Part shown: in pieces, positions 7,801 to 15,060 of the stretch
Numbering within the stretch: position 1 is the stretch's first letter
Layout of the letters: each line of letters begins with the position of its first letter
Assembly (NCBI GenBank): GCA_036298675.1
Contig: JAXJIO010000031.1
Coordinates: forward strand, 21,386 to 85,385
Direction of reading: 5' to 3'
DNA: 64,000 nucleotides
DNA from: Collinsella sp.
GTDB taxonomy: Bacteria; Actinomycetota; Coriobacteriia; Coriobacteriales; Coriobacteriaceae
Translations under genes and position numbers: made by a program
The notes under the pieces: model-generated
What the model saw: only the letters and a program-made list of their open reading frames with translations
Told to the model about the DNA's origin: nothing
The model's database searches: none

Positions 7801-10131
7801 GCCCTTGGGCGCCGAGACCTCCTTTAGGAAGTAGGTCCCCTTCACGAGCGGCCTGTTACCGTCGCTCGTATTCGGGAATATGCCCGCACCTTCGAGCGGA
7901 ACCGGGTTGCCGACCAACCCCGTCGTCAGGGTGTCAAAGGGGGTCTGCTCGCCATTGAGCATGACCTTGCCGTTCGCGTCCATTTTCACCTGATCGGCCT
8001 TGTACAGGGCGAACTTCGCCCCGTCAACGGGCTTACCCTCGGTATCGGTCTTCTGCACGAACAGGCGGTTCTGGATGTTCGTGACGAGCAGGCGCGTGGC
8101 GAACTGTCGCTGGAAATTCTTCTCGCCGCTGGGGAGGTCATCGCTGAACACGTGGACCGTGTTGTCCGTATTCGCGTTGGCGATGGAACTCGCCGTTGTG
8201 TGGTAGATGGCCACCGTGTACTCGGCATCCTTGCGGGCATCACCGCTCAGCAGGTAGTAGTACTTGGAGATGTCACCGGGCAGATTTTGAATCTCTACCT
8301 GGTACTGGCCGCTCGTGTTGAGCGTGAAGGCGTGCAGGTCCTTCTTCGCCGCCTCGATAGCGCCGGCCTTGCTCGGCTTCTCGGCGAGGGTGTACCCCAT
8401 TCCCGTCGATGGGTCGCCCGACACGGCGTACCAATTGTTCTGATTTTTGATATCTGCGTTTGCGCTTTTATCGCGCTTGAGCACCACAGCGAACAGTATG
8501 CCAGACTTCAGGTTGACGGTCTCGTCCGACTTCATCAGGTCATCATTCGCCTTGTACACGTTCACCGGTGCGGTGATGGTCTCCTTCGCGCCGGCAAACG
8601 CACCAGTCTTCCACACGACGCTGTCCGCATCCATACCGCCGCGGTTGATGATGACGCCGCCCGCGCCGTTCTCAGCGCTCGCGGGCACGTACTCGAGCTG
8701 CATGCTGCCACCTGTCGCCGTGAGACTCGAGCGGTATCCCTCCAGCACGCGCGTCTCCTTCAGGAGGTAGTACTTGTTACCGTGATTCTTGTTGTAGAGA
8801 TCGTCGAAGTTGATGACGCCGTTGTCATCGTCGTTCGTGAGCGTTAGGTGGCCGGCCTCGTCCGTGGTGCCGGAGCCGAGGAGCGCGTTCTTGTCATTGG
8901 TCGTATCTGTAAAGTTCTCGTCTGTTTTGTACAGCGCGAACTCGGCGCCCTGTACGAACTTGCCGTCCTGGTCGAACTTGATGATGTCGGACTCGGGCAC
9001 CGTCACGAGGTTGAACTTGAGCTTCATGTTGGAGTAGAGGGCGCCGCGCTCCAGGTAGAAGAACTTGAGGGTGTGGTTGGTGCTGTCTTTGAAGGTGTTG
9101 CCGGCAAAGCCCGAAGTAGTGTCCTTATTTGCCGCCCGGTACTTGCTCAGCAGCGTGCCGTCGTTATTGCCGTTCACCTTAATGTCGCCCGTTTGAAAGT
9201 CGATGCTCAGACTCGCCCGGTCGTGAATACCGCCGATATCACCCACGAGGACATCGTCGATGAACACCCAGACGTCATCATCGCCGGCGAACTCGAAGGT
9301 CATGGGCTTGTCATCGTTCGTCAGGCCGCCGTTGGGCTGCACGAATCGCGTGGACATTGAGAGGCCGAAGTGGTGGTTGACGGGCTTGCCGCCGTTGTAG
9401 CTCGAATTACCGGTGTTGTCTGCCGTGATGCCGTTTTGGACGAGCCGGCCGTTTTCCTCTTTGAACACCTTGTCTGCCGCGTCGAACGGGAAGAACTGAC
9501 CCTGGTGGGACGAATTGCCAATGCCCCAGGTGTCATAGATGTCGAAGGCATTCTTGTCAGCGTTGTAGGCTGCGTAGTTTTCGGAGCTGTCATAGACGTA
9601 GTAGCCGCCCTGAACCTTGAGGAGGCCCGTCACGCCAAAATGGGACGTCTTGCCGGTCTGGGCAGAGGAATCGAACAGGTAGTGGAGGGACTCGTCGCCC
9701 AAGGCTTCGGAAAGCTTCGGGTAGCCGTCTGAAAGCGTGTTGTTGACGATGCCGGGCCGCGGGCTCGTGCCGCCCGTCCATTGGTTGAGCGGCCCATCAC
9801 CCTTGCCGTCGTTAAACTGGAACTTGTAGCCTGCGTTGACGCCGCCGCTGCCGGAAACCGACAGATGGTCATCGGGATTCACCCAGTAATCAAACAGGTT
9901 GATTGTTGTCCCCGAAGGCGAAATCGTCGGAACCGTGTGGTCCGAAATTGCCGCCTCGGCACGAAGCGGCAGGAAGAAACTCGCCGTCAGCGCGATGGCG
10001 AGGGCCAGAACAATCGCATATGGCGAGACCGGACGCAGCCCACGACGACGGCCATAAGACACGACGGACCACCGCTCGCGCGGCCGGTGTTCACCAGGAA
10101 GTTCCCTGCTTAGACACCCCCCCGGTAGCAA
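1849..10131 (-). CDS. Giant cell-wall-anchored adhesin: signal peptide, fibro-slime/PA14-like domain, SpaA/CnaB-type folds, about 13-14 FctA (Spy0128-like pilin isopeptide) repeats, Pro-rich stalk, sortase sorting signal
   Basis: 2760-aa ORF.
- N-terminus: RRRGLRPVSPYAIVLALAIALTASFFLPLRAEA.
- Fibro-slime/PA14 hallmark: FFPFD...GDDDVWVFIDDVLVGDIGGIH.
- Repeated G(E/D)F(T/S)F.L...G.V.F..I.Y...G.Y.Y...E blocks that end in TFTN(T/S)Y.
- C-terminus: PTTPPVNPPTEPPTNPP, then LPNMGD, a hydrophobic segment and RRRNR.
- Start: the longest-ORF start at 10131 is TTG; an alternative GTG at 10062 gives a cleaner signal peptide. Confidence 0.9.
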   Translation of the reverse strand: MLPGGCLSRELPGEHRPRERWSVVSYGRRRGLRPVSPYAIVLALAIALTASFFLPLRAEAAISDHTVPTISPSGTTINLFDYWVNPDDHLSVSGSGGVNAGYKFQFNDGKGDGPLNQWTGGTSPRPGIVNNTLSDGYPKLSEALGDESLHYLFDSSAQTGKTSHFGVTGLLKVQGGYYVYDSSENYAAYNADKNAFDIYDTWGIGNSSHQGQFFPFDAADKVFKEENGRLVQNGITADNTGNSSYNGGKPVNHHFGLSMSTRFVQPNGGLTNDDKPMTFEFAGDDDVWVFIDDVLVGDIGGIHDRASLSIDFQTGDIKVNGNNDGTLLSKYRAANKDTTSGFAGNTFKDSTNHTLKFFYLERGALYSNMKLKFNLVTVPESDIIKFDQDGKFVQGAEFALYKTDENFTDTTNDKNALLGSGTTDEAGHLTLTNDDDNGVINFDDLYNKNHGNKYYLLKETRVLEGYRSSLTATGGSMQLEYVPASAENGAGGVIINRGGMDADSVVWKTGAFAGAKETITAPVNVYKANDDLMKSDETVNLKSGILFAVVLKRDKSANADIKNQNNWYAVSGDPSTGMGYTLAEKPSKAGAIEAAKKDLHAFTLNTSGQYQVEIQNLPGDISKYYYLLSGDARKDAEYTVAIYHTTASSIANANTDNTVHVFSDDLPSGEKNFQRQFATRLLVTNIQNRLFVQKTDTEGKPVDGAKFALYKADQVKMDANGKVMLNGEQTPFDTLTTGLVGNPVPLEGAGIFPNTSDGNRPLVKGTYFLKEVSAPKGFLLNDTLTKVIVDDYGVHADAGTADDGVSTFVGPGALMKSLGQFGAEGDIDNTLTWIKGQRQTSDGTLDGNDNLSWNNDAKGGEDEVHLKYGANGRVYQYGPTEEGKPYRLETETGWIRMGITQDVPGDTNAKGARANLGDMNLNALFTGATCVRVANEREASLEVTKKVALPDGLTGNKDAEFTFKFTVPEGKTYKAAVFKNAGAGKQAGDVFDLKNGDTHAIKADETIRVYGLGEGDEYAVQELTGAGKMPAGYKLTGRKQGTTNLTGAGDSITGEIEKQKPDGTLAEANKLVFTNTYKAEASDELTPQVTKKVSGVESTEKAFSFTLTATEETQKQIDDDDLKVSDALAGNEHAESKATSGKIIKDKGQTVDFSGMKFNKAGTYTFTLTEAHDADDDAAVDGVQNSGWTMDASTYTVTVRVEDKNAKLTVTGVTVEKSGDDKRETLEVKNGKVNLATFNNSYAAKGSVTLAAKKQFTGGTLENQQFSFQVKEGDKVVAEEKNDANGDITFPAIDYTEAGEHDYAIKEVEGTDPTIVYDGKTVKVRVSVTDNKNGTLSATATYDGKADAPTFTNSKPTADATIEATKTLKGKDLTAGAFTFGLYQGDTTTVDPIQTVQNDKDGKIKLILTGLTIGEYDYTLKEVAGGDSTITYDSAAVKVHVSVKADGDKAKATVTYDDKNAAPTFTNKYQPAETSATLTAKKSYVKSDNTPIVLKGGEFTFDVYEGNLTAEQLKGKQPIRAAENGEGGTVTFRVINYTKAGEYKYTIAEQKGDLSHVTYDDTVHHAVVKVVDNAGQLEASVTYDDGKTDAPTFKNTYTAKGSAELTATKVVAVAPGFTHDTTLRGGEYTFELKDADGKVLDTMKNKADGTVKFTRDFKLSDLGGAASKDFTYTIVEQRGAEPGMVYDTHALIYKVTVADDGAGALTATPQVSSGDNSQTFTNTYHPKETSVTLKATKRFTGGELAGSDFTFQLLDKDGNVIQTVQNDKDGKVAFQAISYDTPGDHDYTIKEVAGNDPTVVYDTKDVKVHIKVSDEKGELKATATYDGEADVPTFTNSKPTTDVTVEATKILTGKDLTADAFTFGLYDQAGNEVAKGTNDRGGKVELAVKNLNLGEYDYTLKEEKAGQTVDGVAYDAKEVKVHVKVEQNQGDNNKTKVTVTYDGAATAPIFNNTYDAKGSVTLTATKTIKVADGFDHTTKPADGEFTFDLKDAAGNVLDTAKNDANGKVSFTREFQLSDLDGAASKDFTYTIVEQPGAEPGMVYDSHPLTYTVTVTDGGNGALNAKAIVTSASGSDTFTNTYQPAATGLALGAQKSYVKKDDNTPIVPKCGEFTFDVYEGNLTAEQLAGAKPVRTATNGADGSVNFDAFSYAKPGTHEYTIVERKGDLAYVTYDAAVHHAVVTVADNAGTLQASVAYDGTNVTKPSFTNTYEAQATDSGAIALTKSVDVHDGSYQLKAGDFAFELVGSDGSVIQTQKNDAHGKVAFDKLTFDHAGTFTYTVREVQPTGDAPGVPGVTYTGKTYTLTYVVKDNNDGKLVVENSTVKPSEGTENGVTPKTMTFANSYQPGATSYQISGTKVLENTDSATMRTPADGEFTFALIDVATGQEIDRTTNVGNAFTFKAISYTATGSHAYQVKEVAGQDGTITYSDAVLDVTVSVTDDGSGQLTATANKTAADLTFTNIYTPTATTATITGTKALTGRDLAEGEFSFDLKDADGNVVQTVQNGADGTFNFAPLQLDKAGTYVYTVSEQVGATANGVTYDTTVFTATVTVTENAETHALEAQVAYSKGGKAADAVAFSNSYAPAATEVKLGASKVLSGKDLKEGQFSFQLKDADGKVLQTAKNAAGGTVGFEAISYDKPGTYTYSISEVDDGQKNVTYDAAEHQVTVMVTDDGAGHLVATVTYDGDVAPVFKNTYTPPTTPPVNPPTEPPTNPPVSKEEKPGLPNMGDTSLSPMALGGIAGGAVVLIATGVILRRRNR

Positions 10132-10171
10132 TATTCACGAGTCGAGACGTCGTCTCTCTGAGCTCCTGCAT
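10091..10171 (-). CDS. Candidate 26-aa upstream ORF / leader peptide ahead of the adhesin gene (speculative)
   Basis: An ATG at 10171 is preceded by GGGGAGGAA with a 5-nt spacer. The peptide is MQELRETTSRLVNIATGGVSKQGTSW. The ORF stops 29 nt before the GTG at 10062 and contains a G7 tract (10117-10123). Confidence 0.25.
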   Translation of the reverse strand: MQELRETTSRLVNIATGGVSKQGTSW

Positions 10172-10339
10172 AATTTCCTCCCCAGTCACACGGCGACCCG
10201 CCCGGGCGCTCCCCGGGGGCCGAGGCAGTCTGGCACATGCCCGCAGTCGTTCAAGGAATACCAACCCCAGCATATGTCTCTCAAGATATTTTAGCCTTTT
10301 TATATAACAGTTTTCGTCTCATTACCGATGAAATCGGCT

Positions 10340-10357
10340 CAGTCCCTTTGTCACATT
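10340..10357. repeat. Half copy of the GTGACAAAGGGAC palindrome family
   Basis: CAGTCCCTTTGTCACATT abuts the stop codon of the M20 peptidase gene. Confidence 0.7.
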
Positions 10358-11785
10358 CTAGAGCGTGTGAAGCAGGGCGATGAGGAAGCGGATGCCTTGG
10401 AGGTAGGCGCGACGGGTGATGCGCTCGTTGGTGCCGTGGACACCGCGGTCACATTCGTCATCGTCGACCACAAAGGCGGAGAAGCGGATGCACTCGCGGC
10501 AAATGCGCTGGTAGTTGGCGGCATCGGTTGCGCCAATCACGGTCGAGGGCACGATGCTTATCGGCTCTTGGCCCACCGCAGGCGATCCGTTTTCCTCCGT
10601 CCCCCTGGGATCACGGAAATAGCGGGCGGCGATGGCGCGGACGGCCTCGAGCCCCGGACCGCCCACGCGCGGGGACGGCGAGGGCTCGGAGCTGCCGGGG
10701 CCCAGCTCGACCTCGACTCGGCCAGCGAGCCCAGCGGCGGCAACGGCCTCGCGGCAGCAGGCCACGACATCGGCCACGCTCGTACCCTCGAGCATGCGGA
10801 AGTTGATATTTGCCCACATATCCTGCGGCATTACGTTGGCACCGGTACTGCCGCCTTCGATTTGCGTGGGCGCGCAGGTGGTGGTCACAAGCGGGTACAG
10901 CTTTTTGCTGGCGAGGCAGTCGCGCACGATGGCATCCTTGCTGGCAGCAATCTCGTCTGCGGCATAAAGCCCCAGCTCGATGAGCTGCGCGGCAAGCAGA
11001 TCGGTCACACGCGCCGGCCACTCGATATCGCAAATCGCGGCAATAGCGCGGCTGAGCACTTCGAGCGACGTCCCACCGTAAGGGTTGGAAGAGTGCCCGC
11101 CTTCGCTCTTCGCCTTGAGCACGATATCGGCATAGCCCTTCTCGGCAAGATCGGCATGCATAAGCCAACCCGCACCTGCGCTGTACTCGGCAGCCGCAAC
11201 GATACGATAGTCGCCCTCGTCAATCAGGTACTCAAGCTCAACGCCGCGCTCTTCGAGCGCACGACCGATGGCACCCGCGCCGTACTGCGTGGTCTCCTCG
11301 TCCTGGCCAAAGGCGAGCAGCAGCGTGCGCTCGTGCTGCCAACCATGCGCCAGCGCATACTCAACCGCCTCGAGAATGCCCGCGACCTGGTCTTTCATGT
11401 CAATGGCGCCGCGACCCCAAATGTAGGTGTCGTCCACGTGACCGCTAAAGGGAGCGTGCGTCCAGTCGGCCTCAGTGCCCGGCACCACGGGGACCACGTC
11501 CATGTGGCCCATGAGCATGACAGGCTTGAGGGCGGGGTCGGTGCCGGCAAGCGTCACGAGCAGCGAATGGTCGATGAGCTCGACCTCGCCCGTCGCAAAC
11601 ACGCGCGGCCAGGCCTGCTGCATATAGGCGCGCAGATCGACAAACGGCTGCCAGTCCACCGCCTCGGCATCCATGCTCGAAATCGTCGGAAACGACAGGA
11701 CGCGGCCCAAGCGCTCGCACGCGCCAGCCTCATCCAAATCGGCAAAATCGTCCTCATGCGCAAAAAAGCGCCAAACCTCGGCCAT
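10358..11785 (-). CDS. M20/M25/M40 family metallopeptidase
   Basis: 475-aa ORF with GHMDVVPV, an EE-containing catalytic region (FGQDEET) and an M20 dimerisation-domain layout. SD GAAAGGA precedes the ATG. Confidence 0.85.
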   Translation of the reverse strand: MAEVWRFFAHEDDFADLDEAGACERLGRVLSFPTISSMDAEAVDWQPFVDLRAYMQQAWPRVFATGEVELIDHSLLVTLAGTDPALKPVMLMGHMDVVPVVPGTEADWTHAPFSGHVDDTYIWGRGAIDMKDQVAGILEAVEYALAHGWQHERTLLLAFGQDEETTQYGAGAIGRALEERGVELEYLIDEGDYRIVAAAEYSAGAGWLMHADLAEKGYADIVLKAKSEGGHSSNPYGGTSLEVLSRAIAAICDIEWPARVTDLLAAQLIELGLYAADEIAASKDAIVRDCLASKKLYPLVTTTCAPTQIEGGSTGANVMPQDMWANINFRMLEGTSVADVVACCREAVAAAGLAGRVEVELGPGSSEPSPSPRVGGPGLEAVRAIAARYFRDPRGTEENGSPAVGQEPISIVPSTVIGATDAANYQRICRECIRFSAFVVDDDECDRGVHGTNERITRRAYLQGIRFLIALLHTL

Positions 11786-11857
11786 GACATCCTTTCAATT
11801 GTGACGACGAGGGCCGCCCCACCGGAGCGGCCCTGCCACATAAGCGTTTGCGGTCGG

Positions 11858-12643
11858 TTATTTGTCCTCGAGATAGCGCGAGAGGAACTCGCGGGTGCGC
11901 TGGTGTTTGGGGTTGCCGAAGAGCTCGGCCGGCGCGGCGTCCTCGAGCACCACGCCCTTGTCCATAAAGACCACGCGGTCGGACACCGTGCGGGCAAAAG
12001 CCATCTCGTGCGTGACGACGACCATGGTCATGCCGTCGGCCGCGAGCTTGCGCATGACTTCGAGCACCTCGCCCACGATCTCGGGGTCGAGCGCGGAGGT
12101 CGGCTCATCGAACAGCATAATCTGCGGATTCATGCACAGGGCGCGGGCGATGGCCACGCGCTGCTTTTGACCGCCGGACAGGCGACCCACAGCGGCATGC
12201 GCGAACTTCTCGAGCCCCACGCTCGTCAGGTGCTCCAACGCGACCTTTTCGGCCTCGGCCTTGCTCATCTTTTTGAGCGTGACGGGCGCGAGCGTGCAGT
12301 TGTCGAGCACGTCCATGTTGTTGAACAGGTTAAAACCCTGGAACACCATGCCGATGTCCTCGCGGAGTTTATTGATGTTGCAGCGCTCGGCCGTGAGGTC
12401 CTGGCCGTGGAACCAGATGTGGCCCGCGTCCGGAGTCTCGAGCAGGTTGAGGCAACGCAGGAAGGTCGACTTGCCCGAGCCCGAAGCACCGATGATGGTG
12501 ACAACCTCGCCGGGATTGACGGCAAGGTCGATGCCCTTGAGCACCTCGAGCGAGCCGAAGCTCTTGCGCAGACCCTCGACGCGGATGAGCGGCTCTTGAT
12601 TTTGTGCGGCGGCCGCGGCGCCGGTAGTGGCGGTATCTGCCAT
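11858..12643 (-). CDS. Amino acid ABC transporter ATP-binding protein (GlnQ/HisP type)
   Basis: Walker A is GASGSGKST, the signature is LSGGQKQR and Walker B is [12 protein letters not shown]. The start was moved to the ATG at 12643, which is preceded by GAGGAG. The longer ORF would overlap the permease gene. Confidence 0.92.
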   Translation of the reverse strand: MADTATTGAAAAAQNQEPLIRVEGLRKSFGSLEVLKGIDLAVNPGEVVTIIGASGSGKSTFLRCLNLLETPDAGHIWFHGQDLTAERCNINKLREDIGMVFQGFNLFNNMDVLDNCTLAPVTLKKMSKAEAEKVALEHLTSVGLEKFAHAAVGRLSGGQKQRVAIARALCMNPQIMLFDEPTSALDPEIVGEVLEVMRKLAADGMTMVVVTHEMAFARTVSDRVVFMDKGVVLEDAAPAELFGNPKHQRTREFLSRYLEDK

Positions 12644-12665
12644 GATGATTCTCCTCGTCTTGAGC

Positions 12666-13814
12666 CTAGTTGGAGCTGGGCAGCGTGGCCGGGGCCGCGG
12701 CGCCGAGCTTTTTGCCAAAGGCCTCGAGCAGGCGGCTCGCCACGAGCGTCAGGATCAGATAGACCACGAGCGCCACGCAGTAGACCTCCATCTGGCGGTA
12801 GTACACGCCGGCGACGGTGGTGGTGGCGTACATGAGGTCGAACACGCCGATGACCGAAAGCACCGACGAATCCTTGATGTTGATGATCAGCTCGTTGGTG
12901 AGTGCGGGGATCGCGTTTTTAATGCCCTGGGGGAACACGACCTTGCGCATGGCCTGCCACTGCGACAGACCCAGCGAGCGCGCCGCCTCGGCCTGGCCGG
13001 CGTCGATGGACTCGATGCCGCCGCGCAGGACTTCCATCATGTATGCGGTGGAGTTGAGCGAAATGGTGACGAGGCCGGCAGTGAAGGTGCTCCAGATCTG
13101 GTTGGCCTGGGCGGTCTCGAAGCCCATGCTGCGCAGGACGGTAAAGCCCGCGTAATAGATGAGCAGACCCTGGACCATCATGGGCGTGCCGCGCACGATG
13201 GTGGAGTAAACGGTCGCAAAGCCGCGGCCGATGCTCTTAAAGAAACGCGTGAGATCGTTGTCCACACGGTCGAACGTCTGGATGCGCAGGAACACCAGCA
13301 ACAGCGCCAGGAAGAAGGCGATGATGGTGCCAAAGAACGCGAGCGCGATGGTGATCTGGATGCCGCGGATAAAGAAGTCCCCGCTCTTGTAGGTCATGTA
13401 GACCAGGCTCGACAAAAAGTCGCTGGGGTTGGAATCCGAGACAATGCTCACCTGCACCAGGTCGATAAATGACATGACGCAGCGGTCCACGAAAAAGATC
13501 GCCGCGATGGCGACCACGACGTAGCTGCCTAGGCGTGCGCCACGACGGAAACGCTCGGATGCGAACGGCGACGTTTCGCGATAGTCGTTCCAATGCATGA
13601 GCTTGGTGACGAGCGCCGCCGCCGACACGATAATCCAGGCCCAAAGAATTGCCCAGAGGCAGTCCTGGAAGATACCGGTGGGGGCCAAGAAGCTCAGCGG
13701 CGTGGGGTTGCGCTGGCTAAACGCCAGGCCGAGCGCCGCGATAACGCTCGTGCCCAGGTATACATAACGGTGGTCTGCCTTGATAAAGGAGGCCAGGCGA
13801 TTGATGGTTTTCAT
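12666..13814 (-). CDS. Amino acid ABC transporter permease (His/Glu/Gln/Arg/opine family) with an extra N-terminal membrane segment of about 130 aa
   Basis: EAA-loop region is [25 protein letters not shown]. The protein is 382 aa, against about 220 aa typical for this family. SD GGGAGG precedes the ATG. Confidence 0.88.
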   Translation of the reverse strand: MKTINRLASFIKADHRYVYLGTSVIAALGLAFSQRNPTPLSFLAPTGIFQDCLWAILWAWIIVSAAALVTKLMHWNDYRETSPFASERFRRGARLGSYVVVAIAAIFFVDRCVMSFIDLVQVSIVSDSNPSDFLSSLVYMTYKSGDFFIRGIQITIALAFFGTIIAFFLALLLVFLRIQTFDRVDNDLTRFFKSIGRGFATVYSTIVRGTPMMVQGLLIYYAGFTVLRSMGFETAQANQIWSTFTAGLVTISLNSTAYMMEVLRGGIESIDAGQAEAARSLGLSQWQAMRKVVFPQGIKNAIPALTNELIINIKDSSVLSVIGVFDLMYATTTVAGVYYRQMEVYCVALVVYLILTLVASRLLEAFGKKLGAAAPATLPSSN

Positions 13815-13823
13815 GCTGCCTCC

Positions 13824-14750
13824 CTATGCCGGCTGACGATCGAGGCACGCGTCCCACATTTGGTCGCGCTCCTCTTGGCTAATGCCCTTGAGCGTCTTGT
13901 CGATGAGCTTAAGCAGCTTGTCCGAGCCCTTGCGGCAGCCGACATTTGCCGTGACCTCCTGCTTAAAGCCCTCGCCCTCGGCAAATTGAATCGGCACGAT
14001 ACCCGGGTTTTGGGCCATATAGCCCTTCTCGTTCTCAGTGTTGTAGGTCACGGCGTCGCACGTGCCCTGCAGCAGATTCGAAAACACCGTGGGGACCGAA
14101 TCGACCGGGTTTTTGTGCACAACGCCCGGGATCTCGTCAATGACAGTGTCGAGCATGGTGTCCTTTTGGCCGAGCACCGTGGCACCGCTGAAGTCGCTGA
14201 GCTTGGTGGCGTTCTGGTAGGGCGAGCCCTCTTTTACGAACAGGCCAAAGTAGCCAATGAAGTACGGGTCGGAAAAGCCGACGGACTCCTCGCGTTCGGG
14301 CGTGGCGCTCATGCCGGCAATGATGAGGTCGATCTGACCGTTGTTGAGCGAATCGATAAGGCCCGAGAAGCTCTGCTTGACGGCGACGGGCTCGCCGCCG
14401 AGAGCCTTGCAGACGATCTTGGCGATCTGCACGTCGTAGCCATCGGCATAGGCGCCCTGCACGTTGTCGATGGGGATCGTGAACTCGCTGGCCTCGGAAA
14501 CCTGCCAGTTGTACGGGGCGTAGGCCGCCTCCATGCCGATGCGGATCTTGTCCTTGCCGATCACGGAATCGGACAGGTCGTCGCGACCGCCGCCCGTCGT
14601 GGGCTGAACTACTTCCAGCGTGGAGGGGCGCTGGCAACCGGAAAGTGCGCCGGCGACAACGGTAGCGCTCGCAGCGAGAGCGCTACCCAAGAAGATGCGA
14701 CGGCTGCACACCAGCTGTGGATGCGCGTCGCGTTGATGGGGAGAATGCAT
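13824..14750 (-). CDS. Amino acid ABC transporter substrate-binding lipoprotein
   Basis: The signal/lipobox RRIFLGSALAASATVVAGALSGC is followed by an SBP_bac_3-like body (IRIGMEAAYAPYNW, IDLIIAGMSATPERE). The start was set to the ATG at 14750, which has an SD GGGAAGG. Confidence 0.88.
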   Translation of the reverse strand: MHSPHQRDAHPQLVCSRRIFLGSALAASATVVAGALSGCQRPSTLEVVQPTTGGGRDDLSDSVIGKDKIRIGMEAAYAPYNWQVSEASEFTIPIDNVQGAYADGYDVQIAKIVCKALGGEPVAVKQSFSGLIDSLNNGQIDLIIAGMSATPEREESVGFSDPYFIGYFGLFVKEGSPYQNATKLSDFSGATVLGQKDTMLDTVIDEIPGVVHKNPVDSVPTVFSNLLQGTCDAVTYNTENEKGYMAQNPGIVPIQFAEGEGFKQEVTANVGCRKGSDKLLKLIDKTLKGISQEERDQMWDACLDRQPA

Positions 14751-14865
14751 AATCTGCCTTCCCTGTTGAATTGTATGCTGACGACTTAACAGGATACCGC
14801 ACGCCGCCATCCACTTGTATGCATACATACAAGTTTACGAACTGGAAAATGACAGATTGATGCAG

Positions 14866-14948
14866 GGGTAGCTAATTTGGGACGGGGCTATTTTGACTAC
14901 TTTCACATGCAAAGTAGTCAAAATAGCCCCGTCCCAAATTAGCTACCC
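14866..14948. repeat. 83-bp perfect hairpin element (38-bp arms, 7-nt loop)
   Basis: GGGTAGCTAATTTGGGACGGGGCTATTTTGACTACTTT-cacatgc-AAAGTAGTCAAAATAGCCCCGTCCCAAATTAGCTACCC. A half copy lies at 28903-28933. Confidence 0.95.
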
Positions 14949-14969
14949 TAACCCATGCATCGAAATGAG

Positions 14970-15028
14970 GGTGGAAAATCTCCCACTTTTGGCTCGCACA
15001 TGAGCTCAAAACGGGAGATTATCCACGC
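14970..15028. repeat. Inverted pair of GGAAAnnnnTCCCAcTTTT-type repeat units
   Basis: GGTGGAAAATCTCCCACTTTTGG ... CAAAACGGGAGATTATCCACGC. A related single unit lies at 19911-19934. Confidence 0.8.
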
Positions 15029-15060
15029 TCAAGTTATGACCGCCCAGAACGGCGGAACCC

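Noticed and set aside
2455-9360. Many long plus-strand ORFs (for example 3445-4677, 4705-5988, 6367-7827) lie inside the adhesin locus.
   Set aside because: They are antisense shadows of a high-GC repetitive gene. Their translations are Arg/Gly/Val/His-rich low-complexity sequence with no recognisable motifs, whereas the minus-strand frame encodes a coherent domain architecture.
10328-12835. An 835-aa plus-strand ORF spans the peptidase and ABC ATPase loci.
   Set aside because: It is antisense to two well-supported genes, it has no motifs and its composition is typical of GC-rich out-of-frame ORFs.
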